Shown here: positions 1 through 9,511 of the stretch, piece by piece
How positions within the stretch are numbered: position 1 is the stretch's first letter
How the letters are laid out: each line of letters starts with the position of its first letter
Assembly (NCBI GenBank): GCA_947176305.1
Contig: CAMWPZ010000001.1
Location: forward strand, 4,154 to 68,153
Length of the DNA stretch: 64,000 nt
DNA from: an uncultured Clostridia bacterium
Lineage (GTDB): Bacteria > Bacillota > Clostridia > Christensenellales > Borkfalkiaceae
Reading direction: 5' to 3'
The notes under the pieces: model-generated
What the model was told of the DNA's origin: nothing
Databases searched by the model: none
Seen by the model: only the letters and a program-made list of their open reading frames with translations
Position numbers and translations under genes: made by a program

Positions 1-2108
1 ATATATCCTTCCGCAACGCTTTCGGGCGGCACGTCTTTCCCGAGGTCTGCAACCTCGTACCCGTACGACTGCAAAACCACCTTGACGATATTTTTGCCTA
101 TGTCGTGAACGTCGCCTTTAACAGTCGCAAGCATAACCTTTTGCTTTTTTGCCGCGCCCTTGGGCAGCTTTTCCGTCACCACTTCAAAAGCGCACTTTGC
201 CGCCTCCGCGGAAGCGACCAACTGCGGCAGGTAAAGCGTGCCTTCGTCGTATAGCCTGCCCACTTCCTGCAAAGCTGCAATGAGTATATCGTTTACGACC
301 GTCATTGCGTCCTTTTCTTCAAGTTCGGTTTTGCAAAGGTGTGCGGCTTGGCTTTTTATGCCTTTCTTAATACAGTCGTAAAGATTTGCCGCGGCAATAT
401 GTTCGGTTTCGGCAGGCTTTAACGCGCTTGCCGCGCCCGCATAGTCCTTGAAAATACCGATATACTTTTCCGCGTTAATATCCTCGCCCGAAAGCACCGC
501 AAACGCCTTTACCGCCCCGACCATTTCACCGTCAAGGGGATTCATTATCGGCATATTCAGTCCGCACGTCATAGCCATCGTTAAAAAAGTCTTGTTTAAA
601 AGTCCCCTGTTGGGAAGTCCGAACGAAACGTTGGAAACTCCCAGCGCGGTTTTAACGCCGAGCTTTTTCACAAGCCGCAACGCTTCGACCGTTTCCTTAA
701 CTAACTTCTGCTCTGCGGACGCGGTCACCACAAGAGTGTCAATCATTATTTTGTTGCGGGATATGCCGTACTCTTCCGCGCGTTTTACAATGCGCTCGGC
801 AATTAAAAACCGCTCTTTCGCGGTCTTGGGTACGCCGTTTTTATCCATAGTAAGCCCTAAAACCACCGCGCCGTATTTCTTGGCTATCGGGAATATCGCG
901 TCCATTACTTCCCCGTCGCCGTTCACGCTGTTGATAAGCGGAATACCGTTATAGTACCGCACCCCCGCTTCAACCGCTTCTCTATCGGACGAATCTATCT
1001 GCAACGGCAAGTCTACGTATTCCTGTATCTTTTTGCAGGCTTCCGCCATAACCTTCTTTTCGTCGAGTTGAGGCAACCCCACGTTTAAATCGAGTATATC
1101 AGCGCCCGCTTCGGCTTGGGATACCGCCTCGTCAATAAGGTAATCGTAATCGCCGTTCAGCAATGCCTCTTTAAGCTTTTTCTTGCCCGTCGGGTTCAGC
1201 CGTTCGCCGCATATCTTCACTCCATCAATGTTTACAAGCTTCGTTGCGGAGTTGATAACCGTCGCGCGTTCGACCTTGCGGCGCTTGATTTTCCTGCCGC
1301 TGTACTTGCTTATCCGCTCGATAAATTCGGGAGTAGTTCCGCAGCAACCGCCGACTATTGCAACGCCGTTTGCGATAAACTTTTTTATATAGCAGTCGAA
1401 TTCCTCTATATCCAGAGTGTACTGCGTTTTACCGTCCTTCAATACGGGCAGTCCGCGGTTTGGTTTGACCATAACCGGCACGCTGCTGCATTTCAGAAGC
1501 CGCATAACCACGCCTTCAAGTTCCTTGGGCCCTGCCGAACAATTCACGCCCAGCGCGTCAACCCCAAGCCCTTCCAAGGTGTTGGCAACGAGTTCGGGGG
1601 TAGAGCCCGTCAGCGTTCTGCCCGAGGAATCGAAGGTCATCGTTGCAAACACGGGCTTGTCGCTGTGTTCCTTAATGGCAAGTATGCAAGCCTTAATCTC
1701 GTACAAGTCGGAAAATGTTTCCGCAACGTAACCGTCTACTATATCCTTGGTAATTTCCACAACCTCGGCAAAAGCGGAGTACGCCTCGTCAAATGATAGC
1801 GTTCCCAACGGTTGCAGCATTGCGCCCGTCGGACCTATATCGAAGAAAACCTTTTTGCCTGCGGCGCGCGCGTTTTCCACGGCTTTTAAAGCAAGCTCTT
1901 TAATGGTATACTTGCCCTTATACTTAATCGCGTTCAGTCCGAACGTGTTCGTCATTATGCAGTCCGCGCACGAATACGAGCGGTGTATCGCCTGAATAAC
2001 CTCGGGGCGGTCGATATTCAAATCCTCGGGCGAACCCGTAAAGCCCAGCTTTTCAAGCTCGCTTCCCATACCGCCGTCAAAGACGATTACTCCGTTTAAC
2101 GGTAACAT
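1..2108 (-). CDS. metH: Cobalamin-dependent methionine synthase, partial (3' end lies left of the window)
   Basis: Absent from the ORF track because its stop is outside the window. Reverse complement from ATG 2108..2106 reads MLPLNGVIVFDGGMGSELEKLG, a homocysteine S-methyltransferase-type N-terminus. The same frame at 113..84 reads DVHDIGKNIV, the D-x-H-x-x-G cobalamin-binding signature. The + strand ORFs at 448-1995 are its antisense shadows. Confidence 0.85.
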   Translation of the reverse strand, partial: MLPLNGVIVFDGGMGSELEKLGFTGSPEDLNIDRPEVIQAIHRSYSCADCIMTNTFGLNAIKYKGKYTIKELALKAVENARAAGKKVFFDIGPTGAMLQPLGTLSFDEAYSAFAEVVEITKDIVDGYVAETFSDLYEIKACILAIKEHSDKPVFATMTFDSSGRTLTGSTPELVANTLEGLGVDALGVNCSAGPKELEGVVMRLLKCSSVPVMVKPNRGLPVLKDGKTQYTLDIEEFDCYIKKFIANGVAIVGGCCGTTPEFIERISKYSGRKIKRRKVERATVINSATKLVNIDGVKICGERLNPTGKKKLKEALLNGDYDYLIDEAVSQAEAGADILDLNVGLPQLDEKKVMAEACKKIQEYVDLPLQIDSSDREAVEAGVRYYNGIPLINSVNGDGEVMDAIFPIAKKYGAVVLGLTMDKNGVPKTAKERFLIAERIVKRAEEYGISRNKIMIDTLVVTASAEQKLVKETVEALRLVKKLGVKTALGVSNVSFGLPNRGLLNKTFLTMAMTCGLNMPIMNPLDGEMVGAVKAFAVLSGEDINAEKYIGIFKDYAGAASALKPAETEHIAAANLYDCIKKGIKSQAAHLCKTELEEKDAMTVVNDILIAALQEVGRLYDEGTLYLPQLVASAEAAKCAFEVVTEKLPKGAAKKQKVMLATVKGDVHDIGKNIVKVVLQSYGYEVADLGKDVPPESVAEGY

Positions 2109-2701
2109 TTTTCACCTCTCTTTAAGTATTCGCAGTGCGTAGCTATCACGCAGTTTTTGCAGGATTTTTCCGCACCGTTTCCAACCGCGACAATTCCCGC
2201 CATCGACTTCGAAGGCAACATATAGTTTGCCGAAGTAAGGGTTACCCCTATCTTTTCGGGCTTAACGATATCGAAAATATACCTCAAATCTGCAATATCG
2301 CTGCCGCCGTAACCCACGCAGAAACGGTACGACAAATTATCGCCCAAGCCATTTTCGTATTCGTCGGAAAGGTATTCGAGGTACGCGCTTGCGCACGCGT
2401 CGAAAACTATCGCCTTAGCCGCGTCCGTGCGGCTGTATAATTTTATCTTCGCGTCGGCTTCGGCGCCGAGCGTCATTACCGCAATAAAAAGTCCGCTACT
2501 CCCTTTAAGGTATTCCGCATACGGCGCGCTCTTTAAAAATTCGGGCGCGGTTTCGGAATACTTATAGGTATAACGGAAATGCGCAATACCTTTCAGCTCG
2601 TCAAGGCACTGCGCTATAAGTGCGTCGGTCTGTTCGCTTTTTTGCATAGCGCGGAAACCGAGGTACGCATATATTTGATTAATCAGCTTTGAAGAATTCA
2701 T
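2096..2701 (-). CDS. Stand-alone methionine synthase activation (reactivation) domain-like protein
   Basis: 201-aa ORF overlapping the metH start by 13 nt and the metF stop by 23 nt. Its position and size fit the separate activation-domain protein that accompanies short clostridial MetH. The C-terminus is Cys-rich (CKNCVIATHCEYLKRGEKC). Family call is from memory, not searched. Confidence 0.55.
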   Translation of the reverse strand: MNSSKLINQIYAYLGFRAMQKSEQTDALIAQCLDELKGIAHFRYTYKYSETAPEFLKSAPYAEYLKGSSGLFIAVMTLGAEADAKIKLYSRTDAAKAIVFDACASAYLEYLSDEYENGLGDNLSYRFCVGYGGSDIADLRYIFDIVKPEKIGVTLTSANYMLPSKSMAGIVAVGNGAEKSCKNCVIATHCEYLKRGEKCYR

Positions 2702-3560
2702 CTATAATATTTCTAAGCCTTCCGACGATTTCCGCCGCGGTGTCGGCGCGGTTCATAGTGTAAACGTGAATACCCGGCGCGCCCTTTGCAATAAGGTCGG
2801 ATATTTGGTACGCCGCATAATTCAAGCCCGCCTCGCGCATGGCGGCGGGAGAAGCGGAGTAAACCTCAATCATATTTCTGAACTCGATAGGGATAGTGCT
2901 TCCGCACATCGACTTTATTTTCGCAAAGTTCTTGACGCCCGTTAACGGCATAATGCCGGGGATTATGGGGATATTTATTCCAACCCTCTTCGCTTCGTTC
3001 ACAAGCCTGTAATAGTAAGCGTTGTCGAAAAACATCTGGGTTATGAAAAACGACGCGCCGCACTCAACCTTTTTCTTTAAATTTTCAAGGTCGTCGTAAA
3101 GCGTGGCGCTTTCCGCGTGTCCCTCGGGGTAGCAAGCCGCGCCCATGCAGAAGCCGTATTTTTTAAGGTAGCTTTCCAAGTCGGAAGCGTGCTTAAAGTG
3201 CTTGCAGTACTCCTTGTCGTACTCTGCAGGCTTGTCGCCGCGAAGCGCCAACACGTTATCCACGTTAAACGTTTTCAGCTTTTCCGCAAGGCTGTCTATA
3301 TCGCTCGGCGCGGAAGGCCCGCCCGTTACGTGCGCCAACGGCTCGACGCCCGCGCTTTTCACGTAGCCCGCAATTTCCGCCGCACTCCGCGCGTTCGTTC
3401 CGCTCGCGCCGTAAGTCACGCTTATAAAGTCGGGGTTAAGCGCTTTCAGCCCGTCGACGGTTGCAAACAGCTTGTCCGTATCGTTGCCGTTTTCCTTCTT
3501 GGGCGGGAACACCTCGAACGACAGCGTTTTCTTCTTTTTCAGTATTTCGTCAATTCTCAT
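2679..3560 (-). CDS. metF: 5,10-methylenetetrahydrofolate reductase
   Basis: 293 aa with an MTHFR-like pattern (LSFEVFPPK, ISVTYGASG, LALRGD, FFITQMFFD). First gene of the metF / activation domain / metH string. Confidence 0.85.
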   Translation of the reverse strand: MRIDEILKKKKTLSFEVFPPKKENGNDTDKLFATVDGLKALNPDFISVTYGASGTNARSAAEIAGYVKSAGVEPLAHVTGGPSAPSDIDSLAEKLKTFNVDNVLALRGDKPAEYDKEYCKHFKHASDLESYLKKYGFCMGAACYPEGHAESATLYDDLENLKKKVECGASFFITQMFFDNAYYYRLVNEAKRVGINIPIIPGIMPLTGVKNFAKIKSMCGSTIPIEFRNMIEVYSASPAAMREAGLNYAAYQISDLIAKGAPGIHVYTMNRADTAAEIVGRLRNIIDEFFKAD

Positions 3561-3591
3561 ATTAATTTCTTCTTAACGGTTGTTAAAAAAT

Positions 3592-3620
3592 ATTATACAT
3601 TATTCATTCGGATAACACAA
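3592..3620 (-). promoter_or_regulatory. Candidate sigma-A promoter of the metF operon
   Basis: Minus strand TTGTGT (3620..3615), 17-nt spacer, TATAAT (3597..3592), about 30 nt upstream of the metF ATG at 3560. Confidence 0.3.
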
Positions 3621-3705
3621 TGTTTTGAATAAAATTATTTTTTCCGCAAGATTTTGGAAATTTTTACCTGCCGCCGACGAATAGCCCCGTTTTTGTGAAC
3701 AAGTC

Positions 3706-3740
3706 GCAAAAAAAGAGCGGTATTCCCACAAATACCGCCC
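3706..3740 (-). terminator. Orphan intrinsic terminator (minus strand)
   Basis: Hairpin GCGGTATT / AATACCGC (3717-3738) followed on the minus strand by a T7 run (A-run 3708-3714 on +). No annotated minus-strand gene ends upstream of it. Confidence 0.45.
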
Positions 3741-3822
3741 CAAGCCCCTGCATTATAAGTAGCTGTTTTTACTATCATTAGTTTTATTAATATATATAAG
3801 CTGTGCTTTTAGCCCGATTTAT

Positions 3823-3851
3823 TTGACATTATTCAATATTTATGCTATATT
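3823..3851 (+). promoter_or_regulatory. Candidate sigma-A promoter for the large lipoprotein gene
   Basis: TTGACA (3823-3828), 17-nt spacer, TATATT (3846-3851), about 115 nt upstream of the ATG at 3968. Confidence 0.35.
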
Positions 3852-3967
3852 TATGCAAATTAGTTGCAAATATTCAAGGCGCTATACATAAAATTTGGAA
3901 ATTATGCATAAATTTTGAATATTTTTTAACAACGTTTTTGATTTTTTATCATATAAAGGAGATAGAT

Positions 3968-6900
3968 ATGAAAAACAAGAAACTGCTCGTTTTCCTTCTT
4001 GCGGCTGTATCGGCGACTGCTGTCGGCACTGCGGCTTGTAAAAAGGACAACGACGAACACCAGCACTCCTACACTTGGCATTCGAGTGAAGAAGGCCACT
4101 GGGAAGAATGCGTTGACGGCGACGACAAAAAGGATATTCAGGACCACGTAGACGCAAAGAACAACGAAACGAACGCGGACGGAAAGGACGGCAAGTGCGA
4201 CGTCTGCGATTACGCTTTAAAGCAGAGCGTAACCTATAACATGGGCGGACACGGCACCGCGCCCGACTCGCTGTCGGTTGACTTCGGCGCAACGATTTCC
4301 AAGCCCGCAGACCCCGAAGAGGACGCTTGGGATTTCCTCGGCTGGTATAAGGACGCAGCCTTCACTACGGCTTTCGACTTCACTGCACCCATTAACGACG
4401 ATACCGTCATTTACGCTAAGTGGGAAGAAAACAAAAACCCCGGCGAAAGCAAGAAATACGCAATCAAGCTTGAAGTTGACAACGACGGTTACGCTACCGA
4501 CACGGCAAAGTTCGGCAAGAAGGGCGTTATATACTTCTCGTATACGGCAGTTGTCGACGGTAGGTATACCGTTTCACTCGGCTTGGGCGTAAACAGTGCA
4601 AAATGCTACTTCACGTCCGACAAAGACGAGGACGGTGCTAAATACGGTTACGGTCAGACCGCGGACAGCCACGTTTACGATATACACGAGGGCGAAAAAG
4701 TTATAATTTCCCTCAAGTGCGACGAAGAGCTTGCCGCAGACGCGCAGGTAGGTATTGCTATTCAGGCTACCTATAACGAGCCTCTGCCCGCCGACTCTTG
4801 GTTCTCGGGAATTTTCGCTGACTCCACTTACACCCTTACGTTTGACAGGGAAAACAGCGGCATAGAATTTTTGGATACCGCTTGTTCTTATAACTACCTC
4901 GGCGGCAGCTTCGATACGCTGTACATAACTTATCAGAGCAAGGTATATAAATTGCAGCATAAGAACGGCGTAGAATATAAGTTCGTTCTTCCTGATAATA
5001 CAAGCAGTACGCTTATCTACTTTGCAGAGCTTGAAACGCCTATCGCAGTTTCCGCGCTCGAGGGTACTTATAAACCCGCAGCGGGCAGCGACAATAAGCT
5101 TACTCAGGTCAGCATCGGTGAAGACGGCGAATGCTATTATATATTCAACGGAAGCAAGAACGACAGCAACACCCCGAGCTTCGATGGAAAATACGGCATA
5201 ATTTATTGCGGACAGTATGTGTTCTCCGTAAGACTCGACGGTGAAGGCAACGTTGCGGGTATTAACGTTTCCGGCGGCAATATCAGCGGCATAGTTGCCT
5301 ATGAGAGGACGGGCGACTTCGTTCCCGGTAAGCTCGCTATCGACAGTTACCTTGAATTCGTCGGCGCAGAATATATGATTTACGATTCAGGCGCGGCTCA
5401 GTACTGGGGCGAAGGCTACGGCGACCCCACGGTCGAAATTACCAATTATGATAAAGCTACTAATACGTACACCGTAGACGCGGTTAAAGGCGGCGAAGTT
5501 CTGGAAACTTACAAGCTTAAAATCGAAGGCACGGGCAACGACACAGTAATTAAAGTTTACGACAAAACGGGCGCAACTCTTTTAGATACGCTTATCAAAT
5601 ATTTCGTAAACTACGTTGATTTGCCTACCGACGGCTCGGCGGCAACTATGCCTACGGCGGACTTCAAAAAGAACTTCTATCACTTTGCGGCAACCCAAGC
5701 AGGTTGGTACACCATCAACTGCACGGATGCGAATTTGGAGGTTTATACCGGACTTACCGCAGACCTTCCCACCACTACGGAAAATGCTAAACTGCTCGAC
5801 TTTAAAAACGGCGCCGTTACGGTATATCTTGCAGAGGGCGGAATTGTCGGCGTCAAGAGTTTACACGCAACCAAGCCCGAAAGCGTTTCGATTACGGTCG
5901 GCTTGGGCACCGCGCCTAAGGGCTTTGTTGAAACCGACCCTTACACGCTTAACGGTCTGGGCGAATTAGAAGTTGACATCGTACCGGCAGGCAACAACCT
6001 CTACGTTACTTATACCCCTGCCGAAGCGGGCGAATATATGATTAACGTTTCGTATATTGGTATGAGCGGAAATATTTCTTATCAGCTTCTCTACACAGTA
6101 GACGGAGTTACGGCAGGATTCAACGACGATATTATGGGCGACTTTGGTTGGAAAGGCGGTTTAAACGCAGACTCTCCTTATTACGAACTTACCGTTGCCG
6201 ACACCACTCCCGTCAATATAGTTGTAAACGGCGGTGATGCCAACGGCCGTGATAATGTTAAAGTTACCGTTATTAAGAGCTACAAAGCGGGCGCAACCGA
6301 ACTTGAATTTGTTGAAGGCACTCCCGTAGATAAAGTAATTACGGCAACGGCTACTGTAAGCGGCGCGGGCACGTACCTCGTAGCAGATACTTCCGGAAGC
6401 AACCTCACTATTACGGCAAGCGCGGCGTTTACCGTAAAGCTTAACGGAAAAGACATGGAAGTAACTAACGAAAACGGCACTTACACGGTAACGCTGACTG
6501 CAGGCACCAACCTATACGTTGAAGTAAGTGCGGCGGTAACGTTCACGATAACTTATGCCGAAGAAGAAAAACCCACCTACGGCAACTTCAAAGGCGAGTT
6601 GGATATGGGTGAATTACTTATTTACTTCGATGAAAATAAGGATAACGTAACGCTCAGCCTTGGCGGCGAAGCAAAAGAGGTCACAAGCGTAACCAAAAAC
6701 GAAAAGGGCTTCGTCGTATTGTATGATGATTACGGTGAAGAAGGTTGTGCAACCGTTGAGATGGGAGCAAAAGGCTACTATACGTTTGACGATACGTATT
6801 ACGGCTCTTGCACCTTGAAGGCTTATACTCCTGTGCCTGCAGGTTCCGACTATGAGTATTCGGGCAGGTCAAATTATGGCAACATGATTGTGTTTGGTAC

Positions 6901-7108
6901 AAACGTTGACCTTACGGAAGTTACGTTAACTATTAACGGCAATGCTATGGAAAACGTAACTATTTCCGGTGGTAGCGGCATATATACGTTAAGCTACGTT
7001 GATGAGGGCTTGGAGTGTACCGCAACCCTCACGGAAGAGTGGGACGGCTCGTTTAGCTTCTCGGATTCATTCTATGGTGATGCTACATTGGAAGAAGTTG
7101 TCGACTAA
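3968..7108 (+). CDS. Large surface lipoprotein with Listeria-Bacteroides (Flg_new) repeat
   Basis: ATG 3968 is preceded by AAGGAG (3956-3961). MKNKKLLVFLLAAVSATAVGTAAC is a lipoprotein signal peptide with a lipobox Cys. FLGWYKDAAFTTAFDFTAPINDDTVIYAKW matches the Flg_new repeat. The remainder is Thr/Gly/Tyr-rich beta-type sequence. The track ORF start at 3842 is an unlikely N-terminal extension. Confidence 0.7.
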   Translation: MKNKKLLVFLLAAVSATAVGTAACKKDNDEHQHSYTWHSSEEGHWEECVDGDDKKDIQDHVDAKNNETNADGKDGKCDVCDYALKQSVTYNMGGHGTAPDSLSVDFGATISKPADPEEDAWDFLGWYKDAAFTTAFDFTAPINDDTVIYAKWEENKNPGESKKYAIKLEVDNDGYATDTAKFGKKGVIYFSYTAVVDGRYTVSLGLGVNSAKCYFTSDKDEDGAKYGYGQTADSHVYDIHEGEKVIISLKCDEELAADAQVGIAIQATYNEPLPADSWFSGIFADSTYTLTFDRENSGIEFLDTACSYNYLGGSFDTLYITYQSKVYKLQHKNGVEYKFVLPDNTSSTLIYFAELETPIAVSALEGTYKPAAGSDNKLTQVSIGEDGECYYIFNGSKNDSNTPSFDGKYGIIYCGQYVFSVRLDGEGNVAGINVSGGNISGIVAYERTGDFVPGKLAIDSYLEFVGAEYMIYDSGAAQYWGEGYGDPTVEITNYDKATNTYTVDAVKGGEVLETYKLKIEGTGNDTVIKVYDKTGATLLDTLIKYFVNYVDLPTDGSAATMPTADFKKNFYHFAATQAGWYTINCTDANLEVYTGLTADLPTTTENAKLLDFKNGAVTVYLAEGGIVGVKSLHATKPESVSITVGLGTAPKGFVETDPYTLNGLGELEVDIVPAGNNLYVTYTPAEAGEYMINVSYIGMSGNISYQLLYTVDGVTAGFNDDIMGDFGWKGGLNADSPYYELTVADTTPVNIVVNGGDANGRDNVKVTVIKSYKAGATELEFVEGTPVDKVITATATVSGAGTYLVADTSGSNLTITASAAFTVKLNGKDMEVTNENGTYTVTLTAGTNLYVEVSAAVTFTITYAEEEKPTYGNFKGELDMGELLIYFDENKDNVTLSLGGEAKEVTSVTKNEKGFVVLYDDYGEEGCATVEMGAKGYYTFDDTYYGSCTLKAYTPVPAGSDYEYSGRSNYGNMIVFGTNVDLTEVTLTINGNAMENVTISGGSGIYTLSYVDEGLECTATLTEEWDGSFSFSDSFYGDATLEEVVD

Positions 7109-7152
7109 TTTTCGCGACTGTCTTAGTAACAAACAAATCATTTAAAATTGCA

Positions 7153-7192
7153 GGCTATTCCGAAGAAATTTCGGAATAGCCATAGCAGTTTT
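7153..7192 (+). terminator. Strong hairpin, possible terminator or attenuator after the lipoprotein gene
   Basis: Perfect 12-bp stem GGCTATTCCGAA / TTCGGAATAGCC (7153-7181) with a 5-nt loop. The T4 run follows only 7 nt later (7189-7192), so this is not a canonical terminator. Confidence 0.35.
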
Positions 7193-7218
7193 ATAAAGGG
7201 TTAACTTTTTAGCAAATT

Positions 7219-8301
7219 ATGGATGCAAATTTCTTAAAATTCAAAAAAAAGGTATGGTTACACATACTGATAAAGTGCATAGCAGTCGGGCTTGCCGCAG
7301 GACTAATTGCGGTCAACGCCGTGCTTCTGCCCTGCCGTTTGTACGCGGTTAAACTGTTCTGGTTATACTACGTATTTGTTGCGCTCGGCGGCTTTATTAT
7401 CGGAGGCGGCGTTGCCTTTCTGCTTCTCCGCACCGACGATAAAAAAATAGCACGTCGGCTTGACAGCGAGCTTAACCTCAACGAAAGAGTTCAGACCTCG
7501 CTTGCCTACGGCGGACACAGCGGCGAAATATTCGAAATTCAGCGCGCCGATACAATCGCGGTCCTCGGCGCAAGCTCGCTCAAAGCCTTGCACTTTAAAA
7601 ACTTAATCGCAACCGTGCTGTGCGCGGCGGTTGCTCTCGTCGGAATTATATGTATTCCCGTCGTTGCAACCACGGTGCCGCCCGTGTTCGCGGAAACCGA
7701 AGACCCCCCTCCCGCTGACCCCCCTCGGGATATTACGGACTGGGAATGGGCGGCGCTTGACGAGCTTATAGATTACGTGAACGCTTCCAAAAAAGCCGAC
7801 GCATATTTCAAGTCGGGCGTAGTCGGACATTTGCAGGGTTTAAAGACGGTGCTTATAAACGGCGTTTCCCAGACAAGTCTTGCAAGCTTCGTGCAGAACA
7901 CGGTCAACGAAATCCGCAACACGGTAAAGGATGCGAACGAGCGCGGAATTTCCGAAGAACAGCAGGCGCTCAACTCAGAAGAAGAAGCTTACGTTATCGC
8001 AAAGCTTTATGAAATATTCTCGCTTCAGCCGACGGGCGGTGGCGAGAAAGATCCGAACGAAAAACCCGGCGACGGCAAAGAAGATCCCGAGAACCCTTCA
8101 ACGGGTATAGGCCCCGGTAATCTTAACGTAAACGACACGCCTTTCTTCGACCCCGTACTCGGGTTTGTAAAGTGCGGCGAAGTGCGTGCGGAATATTACG
8201 ACCGTATGCAGGAAGCCTTGAACGAGGGTGCAATCTCGCGCGATGAATGGGAATATATAATGGTCACTTATTTCAGCGGTTTAAGCGGAAACGAGGATTA
8301 A
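7219..8301 (+). CDS. Membrane protein, unknown function (Bat/MoxR locus member)
   Basis: 360 aa with three hydrophobic segments (CIAVGLAAGLIAVNAVLL, YVFVALGGFIIGGGVAFLLL, LIATVLCAAVALVGIICIPVV) and an acidic Pro-rich tail. No catalytic motif recognised. Confidence 0.5.
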   Translation: MDANFLKFKKKVWLHILIKCIAVGLAAGLIAVNAVLLPCRLYAVKLFWLYYVFVALGGFIIGGGVAFLLLRTDDKKIARRLDSELNLNERVQTSLAYGGHSGEIFEIQRADTIAVLGASSLKALHFKNLIATVLCAAVALVGIICIPVVATTVPPVFAETEDPPPADPPRDITDWEWAALDELIDYVNASKKADAYFKSGVVGHLQGLKTVLINGVSQTSLASFVQNTVNEIRNTVKDANERGISEEQQALNSEEEAYVIAKLYEIFSLQPTGGGEKDPNEKPGDGKEDPENPSTGIGPGNLNVNDTPFFDPVLGFVKCGEVRAEYYDRMQEALNEGAISRDEWEYIMVTYFSGLSGNED

Positions 8302-8316
8302 AATAAGAGGTTAAAA

Positions 8317-9447
8317 ATGGATAATAAAGCAAAGGTAGAAAATTTCAGCCGTTCGGTTTCCAAAATCAAGCAGGAAATCGCAAAGGACTTGGTAGGTCAG
8401 GAAGATATCGTTAACAACGTCATAATCGCCATTATCGCGGGCGGTAACGTCCTTTTGGAAGGCGTTCCCGGCGTCGGCAAAACGAGGCTTGTAAGAACGC
8501 TCGGCAAGGCGTTAAAGCTTCCCTTTTCGAGAATTCAGTTCACGCCCGACTTAATGCCTTCGGACGTTACGGGTACGAACGTAATCGAAAAGAACGCTTC
8601 CGGCAAAATGAACACCGTTTTCCAGAAAGGCCCCATTTTCGCGAACTTGGTGCTTGCCGACGAAATCAACCGTGCAACCCCCAAAACGCAGTCGGCGATG
8701 CTCGAGGTAATGCAGGAGCATAAGGTCACGGTCGCAAACCAGACCTATAACATAAGCGAGCCGTTCTTCGTCCTCGCAACCCAGAACCCTATCGAGCAGG
8801 ACGGAACTTACCCCCTTCCCGAAGCGCAGATGGACAGGTTTATGTTCAAGCTTTTAGTGGGCTTCCCCTCGGTTAAGGAGCTTGCGGACATAGTCAATAT
8901 GACGCAGATAACCATGGACGAAACGGCAAACGCGGTAGTCGACGGTGAAACCATACTGTCGATGCGCGAGCTTGCAAAGTCCGTGCCCGTACTTCCCGAC
9001 GTTTTGTACTACGCAATGCGTTTGGTTGCGCGTACTCACCCCGAACTCGAAGACAGCGGCGACGTGGCTAAAAAGTATATCAAGTACGGCTGTTCGCCCC
9101 GTGCGGGTCAGGCGCTTATAACGGCGGCAAAGGTCCGCGCGCTTATCGAGGGCAGATATAACGTTTCTTACGAGGATATCAGTGCGCTTGCGTACCCCGT
9201 ACTCCGCCACAGAATGAAGATAAACTACGCCGCGATAAACGAAAAGCTTACCGTCGACGACGTTATAACCAAGCTGTTAATCGAGAACGAAAAGGACAAA
9301 GGCACGGGCAAGCTTGACGATACTACTCCCGCCCCCGAAGCCCCCGCGGCAACGGACGCGGCACCCGAAGCACCGGTAGAAGAGCCCAAAAAGAAAGGCA
9401 AGCTTTTCAAGTCCAAAAAGAAGAAAACCGACGGTGCGGAAGAATAA
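8317..9447 (+). CDS. MoxR-family AAA+ ATPase
   Basis: Walker A LLEGVPGVGKTRL and Walker B/sensor block LADEINRATPKTQSAMLEVMQE, typical of MoxR (AAA_3). Lys/Pro-rich C-terminal tail. Confidence 0.85.
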   Translation: MDNKAKVENFSRSVSKIKQEIAKDLVGQEDIVNNVIIAIIAGGNVLLEGVPGVGKTRLVRTLGKALKLPFSRIQFTPDLMPSDVTGTNVIEKNASGKMNTVFQKGPIFANLVLADEINRATPKTQSAMLEVMQEHKVTVANQTYNISEPFFVLATQNPIEQDGTYPLPEAQMDRFMFKLLVGFPSVKELADIVNMTQITMDETANAVVDGETILSMRELAKSVPVLPDVLYYAMRLVARTHPELEDSGDVAKKYIKYGCSPRAGQALITAAKVRALIEGRYNVSYEDISALAYPVLRHRMKINYAAINEKLTVDDVITKLLIENEKDKGTGKLDDTTPAPEAPAATDAAPEAPVEEPKKKGKLFKSKKKKTDGAEE

Positions 9448-9511
9448 TTCCGCCACCGCTACTACTCATATTATTTGCCGCACGGACGCGGCGCAAGCCA
9501 TATAGCGTACA

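Noticed and set aside
448-1995. + strand ORFs of 168, 226, 104 and 82 aa in the first 2 kb
   Set aside because: They are low-complexity antisense shadows of the minus-strand metH frame. That frame is open across the whole interval and carries the Hcy-methyltransferase N-terminus and the B12-binding DVHDIGKN motif.
3561-3840. SAM riboswitch or T-box leader upstream of metF
   Set aside because: I read the minus strand and found no S-box or T-box conserved elements. The best promoter lies only about 30 nt from the start codon, and the terminator at 3706-3740 lies upstream of that promoter. An Infernal scan would settle this.
3842-3967. N-terminal 42-codon extension of the large lipoprotein ORF
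   Set aside because: The extension has no RBS, is AT-rich and overlaps the predicted promoter. ATG 3968 has an AAGGAG site and starts a textbook lipoprotein signal peptide.
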